This document shows, piece after piece, positions 53,432 to 58,956 of a DNA stretch of 58,956 nt (position 1 is its first letter; every line of letters begins with the position of its first letter). A program made the position numbers and the translations under genes. The notes below the pieces were generated by a model, which was given only the letters and a program-made list of their open reading frames with translations, made no database searches and was not told where the DNA came from. Source of the stretch: Octopus bimaculoides (Eukaryota); assembly GCF_001194135.2 (NCBI RefSeq), contig NC_068990.1, forward strand, positions 6,922,073 through 6,981,028, given 5' to 3'.

Positions 53432-54563
53432 ATAAGTACACACGTTTATACTTATATATATAAATATATGGATACATACATAGAAGAGAGGGAGAGAGGA
53501 GGACTGAATACTAATTATGGATATTAATGAGATTGTTAAATGAAAATATGAGAAGAGTGTTCTGCATACTGAATACTAATTCTATAGGAGGCGAATTGTA
53601 TATCATATAGTGAATTGTGAAAACTTCGGAAAATTGACGAGGAGGTGGAAAACTATTCTCATGGTTAAACAAGACAGTCAGTCGGTTGTTATTCCACTTC
53701 TCAAATCCTCTTCATATCTCGAGAGTAACGTAGCCTTACGTATCACACTTATACTCATACGTACAAATTTTAATGACGGAGTTTCTTAAACGCTTTTGTA
53801 GTTTCTCGTTGCACCTGTAGCGGTTCACAAAAGACTGTATCCTGAAGAGGACAACCAACTATCTTCATTTAAAGTACATAGTCAAGACCGACTAATCAGA
53901 TTTCTCGTTTTGCTTTATAAAAGCAATCAAACAAATTTGCTGCAGGCTTTATAGCGAAGGCGTGGGTTTAGATAAACTCATATGGCGTGTGGAATTATGA
54001 ATACTTGCTTTTAGCAACTGATACATCATTTGAGAGAAAGATAAATTGTTTGCAAAACTTTGAGCTAGTACTAAGACTAAACAACTTAAAAGTGGGGGGG
54101 GGGGAGAATAAGGAGAGTGAAATCCTGGAGAAGGAATTATGGGTAGAATATAATTGTAGTAGGGTGTAGATAAGTCAGTAGGTAGAGTGATAAAGAAAAG
54201 TGTAGGAGTGGGCGTAATGCGACGAGCTGGACAGAAACTGATGCTGATATAAGTTGAGGATCAGAAGCAAAGGTGAGGCTTGACGATGCATCATTGATCG
54301 GAGTAATGGAAGGAAATAGGATTAGAATAAGCTATGCAGAAATAGATGTTTCAGTGTCTATATACATTTTAACATATACAAGCACCTTTACATAAGCAAG
54401 GAAAGAAAAAAATATAATATATATTACAGAGATGTACTTGCATAACAAGTGACCTGATCTGAGGTCATGTACTGGAACGAAAACAATTGCAGCGTGGAAG
54501 GTGTTTATAAGCCATTTAAAATAACACAAAAACCGTTAGATTCACTTCAACATTTAAATTTAA

Positions 54564-54614
54564 TTTGTCAAAATATTTTCGTCGCTTTGAGACCGCGACC
54601 TGTTCACTGACAAA
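54564..54614 (-). ncRNA. Minimal type I hammerhead ribozyme candidate with a G3-C8 swapped core (intact copy)
   Basis: 5'-UUUGUCA GUGAACA G GUCGC ggucucaaa GCGAC GAAA AUAU UU UGACAAA-3': 7-bp helix I, 5-bp helix II, GAAA, self-complementary AAUAUU helix III. Confidence 0.6.
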
Positions 54615-54632
54615 TGAGATGCAGCACAGAAT

Positions 54633-54683
54633 TTTGTCAGTGAACAGGTCGCGGTCTCAAAGCGAAGAAAATATTTTGACAAA
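54633..54683 (+). ncRNA. Inverted copy of the G3-C8 hammerhead candidate with a C11.1-to-A mutation
   Basis: Identical to the minus-strand copy except GCGAA instead of GCGAC at 54666. Confidence 0.5.
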
Positions 54684-55207
54684 GTAAATTTAAATGTTGA
54701 AGTGAATCTAACGGATTTTGTGTGTTATTTTAAATGGCTTATAAACACCTTCCACGCTGCATAATATATATTATTTTGATAAAAGAGAAAGTCCCAAGCA
54801 CAGTGTCGCTAAAGAAAAAAATATTTCATAATAGCAGGTCAGCGGAGAAGGAGAAAAGGAAATTGCGGAAGTGAAAGTTGTTTGTTTGTGGAGTGGCGGG
54901 GGCCAAACTTGAAGATGTTTTTCCTTATGTTTATGGGCATGTGAGCACTATGAATTTCAGAAAGTCACGACAGTGGTTTATGGTTAATAGTGCGGTTAGA
55001 TAAATTGAAATGGTGAATAAAATGTTTGCCATAAACGAGGCAGGGAAGCGATCCATAAATGGGTTGCGTCTGACATTTATAGCGTATTGCAAAATTTGCA
55101 TACTATGTAGTATATGAGAACAGCCAAAGTGCACCAATACGATCCAGCGTTTGAAAACCTGCTCGTTTATCAAGCTGATGCCAAGTAGCAATAGCTTTCA
55201 GCTGATC

Positions 55208-55360
55208 AATAATAATAATAATAATAATGATAATAATAATAATAATAATAGTAATAATTACAATAATAATTACAATAATAATTACAATAATGATGACAAT
55301 AATGATGATGATGATGATAATGATGATGATGGTGATGATGATGAGGAGGAGGAGGAGGAG
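55208..55360. repeat. (AAT)n/(GAT)n/(GAG)n tract at the 5' junction of a LINE
   Basis: Read directly. Confidence 0.95.
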
Positions 55361-55364
55361 GATA

Positions 55365-57189
55365 AATACCCTGATGCAGTAGCTTTCATGGTTTCTGATC
55401 TTGACAAGATCAATCGTCTGTTTTATATGGATAACTTAAAACTCTATGGCAAAGACGACAATGAGCTTGAAGGACTGCTACGTACTATGAAAACATTCAG
55501 TGATGATATTGGGGTGGAATTTGGTCTTGATAAATGTGCCAAGACCATTTTCCAGAAAGGGAAACTGAAGACCTCACATTCAGTGGTGTTGGATATTGAC
55601 AGTCATAAAAGAACTTACAAATACCACGGAATAAATCAGGGCTCTGGCATTGAACATGCGAGCATGGGAGAGAAGATCGGGAAGAAAGAGTATTACAGAA
55701 GAGTTTGAGCAGTCCTAAAATGCGAGTTAAATGCACGTAACAAGGTGTTAGCTATAAATTCCTTACTAGTTCCTGTTGTTATTTACAGTTTCAATGTGCT
55801 GAACTGGAATATAAACGAAATAAGGAATAGGGACAGGAAAATCTGTAAGCTGCTGCACCACCCAAAGGCAGACGCAGATCGTCTTTACCCACCCAGAGAT
55901 CAAGGAGGTCGAGGCTTGATCCAATTTGAAATCTACAAAGTCAACACAATTGGGCTGGTAAAATACCTTGAAACACCTAACGACTGGATGCTAAAGCTCG
56001 TTGAAAACCATGAAAGACGTAAGAAGTTTCATTCTGTTATGAAGGAGAGCAAAGAATCTTCAAGTGAGTTTATGCATAATACCCAAGTTGAACAGAATGA
56101 GGGAAGGGCAGCAGCTATAGTTGCAAAGGTGAAATCAATAGCAAAGCAAAATGCGCTTGAGCAGTTGGCTGATAGATGGAAAGAAAAACCTCTGCATGGC
56201 AAATATATGGCCCGTAGCAAACAAGCTGATGTAGACCAGAAGCACACCTATCAGTGGCTATGGAGCTCGGAGCTAAATGCAGAAAGTGAAGACTTTATCC
56301 TGGTTGCCCAAGATCAGAGCTCATTGACTCTGAAATATGAAGCCAATGTGATGAAAAATGGTGTAGACCTAAAGTGCAACGATGGGATAGAAACAATCGA
56401 CCACCTGCTCTCTGGATGTAAGGCTTTAGCACCTGTAGAGTACAAATCAAGGCATGACAGAGTTGGCCAATATCTACATTGCATAACGTGTCGGCATTAT
56501 AAACTCAAAACTGCTGACATATGGTACAAGCACCACCCTGAGGCTGTAACTGATGGAGAAAATGTAACTATTCTTTGGGACTTCCCAGTATATAGCGATC
56601 ATCATCAAGGCAAATAAACCAGATATTGTTGTGAAAGACAAAAGCAATAAGGTCTGTTAATTGATTGACATGAGCATAACCTGTGACCATAATATCTCGG
56701 TAAAAGAGATTGATAAGCAGAGAAAACATTAGGATTTGCTAATGGAAATCGAAAAGATGTGGCATTTCAACATGGTTACTATACCAGTGATTGCAGGAAC
56801 CCTTGGAATGATCAAAAAAGGAACTGAAAATTATTTAAGAATGATCCCTGGCTTACCATCCATGTAGGAAGTGCAAAAGATTCTCTTAACTGGTATGTCA
56901 CACGTATTGAGAAAAGCATTATCACTGTAAATTTTCTTTTTTCCCACCATTTATTTTATTCGTTTACTTTTCTATATTTTTCTTTTTTCTTTTTTCTCTC
57001 TGTCTTCCCCTTTTTCTCTTTTACTTGACTTTGTAGTTTAACAATCTGGTGTGCTTGTTTTAATAACCTACCAATGTATACAGTACGTTTCTCTGCCCTA
57101 GGTGTTAGGAAGATACTCGGCAATAAATGGAAACAGAATTGAAAGAAGATGCTAATAATAATAATAATAATATTAATAATAATAATAAT

Positions 57190-57224
<35 letters not shown>

Positions 57225-57225
57225 T
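55365..57225 (+). mobile_element. R4/Dong-like RLE LINE, 5'-truncated, frameshifted, with (AAT)n tail
   Basis: RLFYMDNLKLYGK (degenerate YMDD), FGLDKCAK, HHPKADADRLY...GGRGL, ETIDHLLSGC, RHDRV, ILWDFPV, KPDIVVKDK and IPG...EVQKILL, followed by a 3' UTR and (AAT)n at 57152-57220. Confidence 0.93.
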
Positions 57226-57379
57226 CTCAGATTATAAAAGAGAAGAAGATCCCTGTCTGTCTGTCTGTTGGTCACACCATCTAGTGAAGGGAGAGAAAGA
57301 GGGGGAAAGAATCAAAATGGAGAAAAAGTTGTTGCTGAGAGAGAAATACCGTGAGAGAGAGAGGGGGGATAGAGAGTGA

Positions 57380-57413
57380 GAGAGAACTACAGAAAGTGAG
57401 AGAGTGAGCTAGA

Positions 57414-57492
<79 letters not shown>

Positions 57493-57610
57493 AGAGAAAG
57501 AGAGAGAAGGAGTGTGTGTGTGTGAAAGATAAAGTGACAGACAGACAGTCAGACAGACAGACAGATAGATAGATAGATAAATAGATAGATAGATAGATAG
57601 ATAGATAAGA
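57380..57610. repeat. (GA)n, (GT)n and (GACA)/(GATA)n compound repeat
   Basis: Read directly. Confidence 0.95.
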
Positions 57611-58344
57611 CAGGTGAGTAGGCAGGTAAGTATATAATGTTGTCACCATAGTAACTGACAAGTTTTGATTAAAAACTGAAATTCTAAGTGCATGTTAGTG
57701 AACAGAAAAAATTCCTTCATTATATAACAGTATACATAGCTTTTTTTTGGGGGGGGGGAGTATGCATTTCTATATATGTGCGTGCGTTCGTGCGTGTTCG
57801 TTGTGTGTGTGTGTATGTGTGTGTGTGTGTGTGAGTATGTGTGTGAGAATGTGTGTGTGTATGTGTGTGTGTATCTGTGTGTGCGAGCGTGCGTTTCTGT
57901 ATGTCATTTCACATAGAGACAACGCTACGCAACACAATTTTTAAAAAGTGATTTTCTCTATATTGCTATGTAGATAGTTATAACTTTGTTATGTTATTAT
58001 CAATCCGAATATGCCTAAGGCACGTTCGAAATGGAAAACAAGCTACTCACTGCGCTTAGTCAAGGAAAATATATACCGTTTGTAGACAAACGGTGTGTAT
58101 ACACCCAGATACACCTAGTTATTATTTGGGTTTTGTGTCTGTATGTGTGTGTATGTTTGCGTGAGTGTGCGAAACATAGATAGATGAGTAGACAGTTGTC
58201 GCCATAGTAACTAACGTGACCTTCAATATATAACAGTCTACTATTAAAAGAAGGCACGAACATGATTAACGAATATTTTTACCGGTAACATAGCGATGGA
58301 AAAAGTCATAGTTATAATAATAATAGCAATAATGATGATGATGA

Positions 58345-58714
58345 TAGACCAGATATAGCTGTCAGAGACCACAAATAAAATTAATGCTTTCTAATCGCTG
58401 TATTAATTCCAACAGTTGACAAAGTATTTCTAAAGAAACGGAGAAACTTTCAAAATACATAGATCTAGGAATAGAGATAAATCGAATGTGAAGCCTAAAG
58501 CCAGAAACAAACCATGTTATAATGGTAGGTGCATCTGAAAAATAAGTAACCAGGACACCACAGAAAATTGCACTGCTAGGCACCGCGCTCATCCTATGTA
58601 ATGCACTTTCAATAGAATGAAAATACTAATATACCAAAGAAAATAATAACGTACCAAAGACACACAGAGCTGCGCTCGGTAGTGCAGTGAAAGTATGCGA
58701 TAAGCATAAGACTA

Positions 58715-58779
<65 letters not shown>

Positions 58780-58780
58780 T
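58345..58780 (+). mobile_element. R4/Dong-like LINE 3' fragment with (AAT)n tail
   Basis: RPDIAVRDHK, EKLSKYIDLGIEINRM, QKIALLGTALIL, then a 3' UTR and (AAT)n. Confidence 0.85.
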
Positions 58781-58789
58781 GCAAAAATA

Positions 58790-58956
58790 ATAATAAATAT
58801 GCAAAAAACGACAAAGAGCTAGAAACACTACTACAGACAGTACACGGCTTTACCAAGGAAATAGAAATGAAATTCGGATTAGAAAAATGTGCCAAAGCAA
58901 CCCTGAAAAGGGGAAAATTAGTTAAAAGTAGCAATATAACACTAGATAAAGCCAAT
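58790..58956 (+). mobile_element. R4/Dong-like LINE RT fragment running off the window end
   Basis: AKNDKELETLLQTVHGFTKEIEMKFGLEKCAKATLKRGKLV. Confidence 0.85.

Larger units (their letters stand above)
54333..54761 (-). mobile_element. Fold-back (inverted) pLTR-like element, probably Penelope-like
   Basis: Arms 54488-54614 and 54633-54761 are reverse complements (3 substitutions, one 2-nt indel; 18-nt spacer). The left arm continues about 155 bp further. No ORF, so the family assignment is inferred from architecture. Confidence 0.6.

Overview
This is AT-rich, microsatellite-dense animal genomic DNA from a draft assembly, with 16 N-gaps totalling about 4.2 kb, most of them flanked by (TA)n. 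The SINE/LINE families resemble those I associate with Octopus (cephalopod) genomes; this is pattern recognition, not a database result. Nearly all six-frame ORFs are microsatellite or gap artefacts. Host coding content is limited to one probable terminal exon of a class B (secretin/adhesion) GPCR (17441-17668, +) and one weak 63-nt exon candidate. The rest is decayed mobile DNA: three SINE families; R4/Dong-like, CR1, L1/Tx1 and RTE LINE fragments; Tc1, mariner and pogo/Tigger relics; a Helitron 3' relic; a MITE carrying (CCCTAA)5; and an intron-containing SAP+SWIM transposon accessory gene (ISL2EU/KolobokE-like). The most notable observation is at 54488-54761. A 127/129-bp fold-back carries, on each strand, a minimal type I hammerhead-ribozyme architecture whose core reads GUGAACA instead of CUGANGA, a compensatory G3-C8 swap that standard motif searches would miss. 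Several other degenerate hammerhead-like motifs of the Penelope type lie elsewhere in the window.
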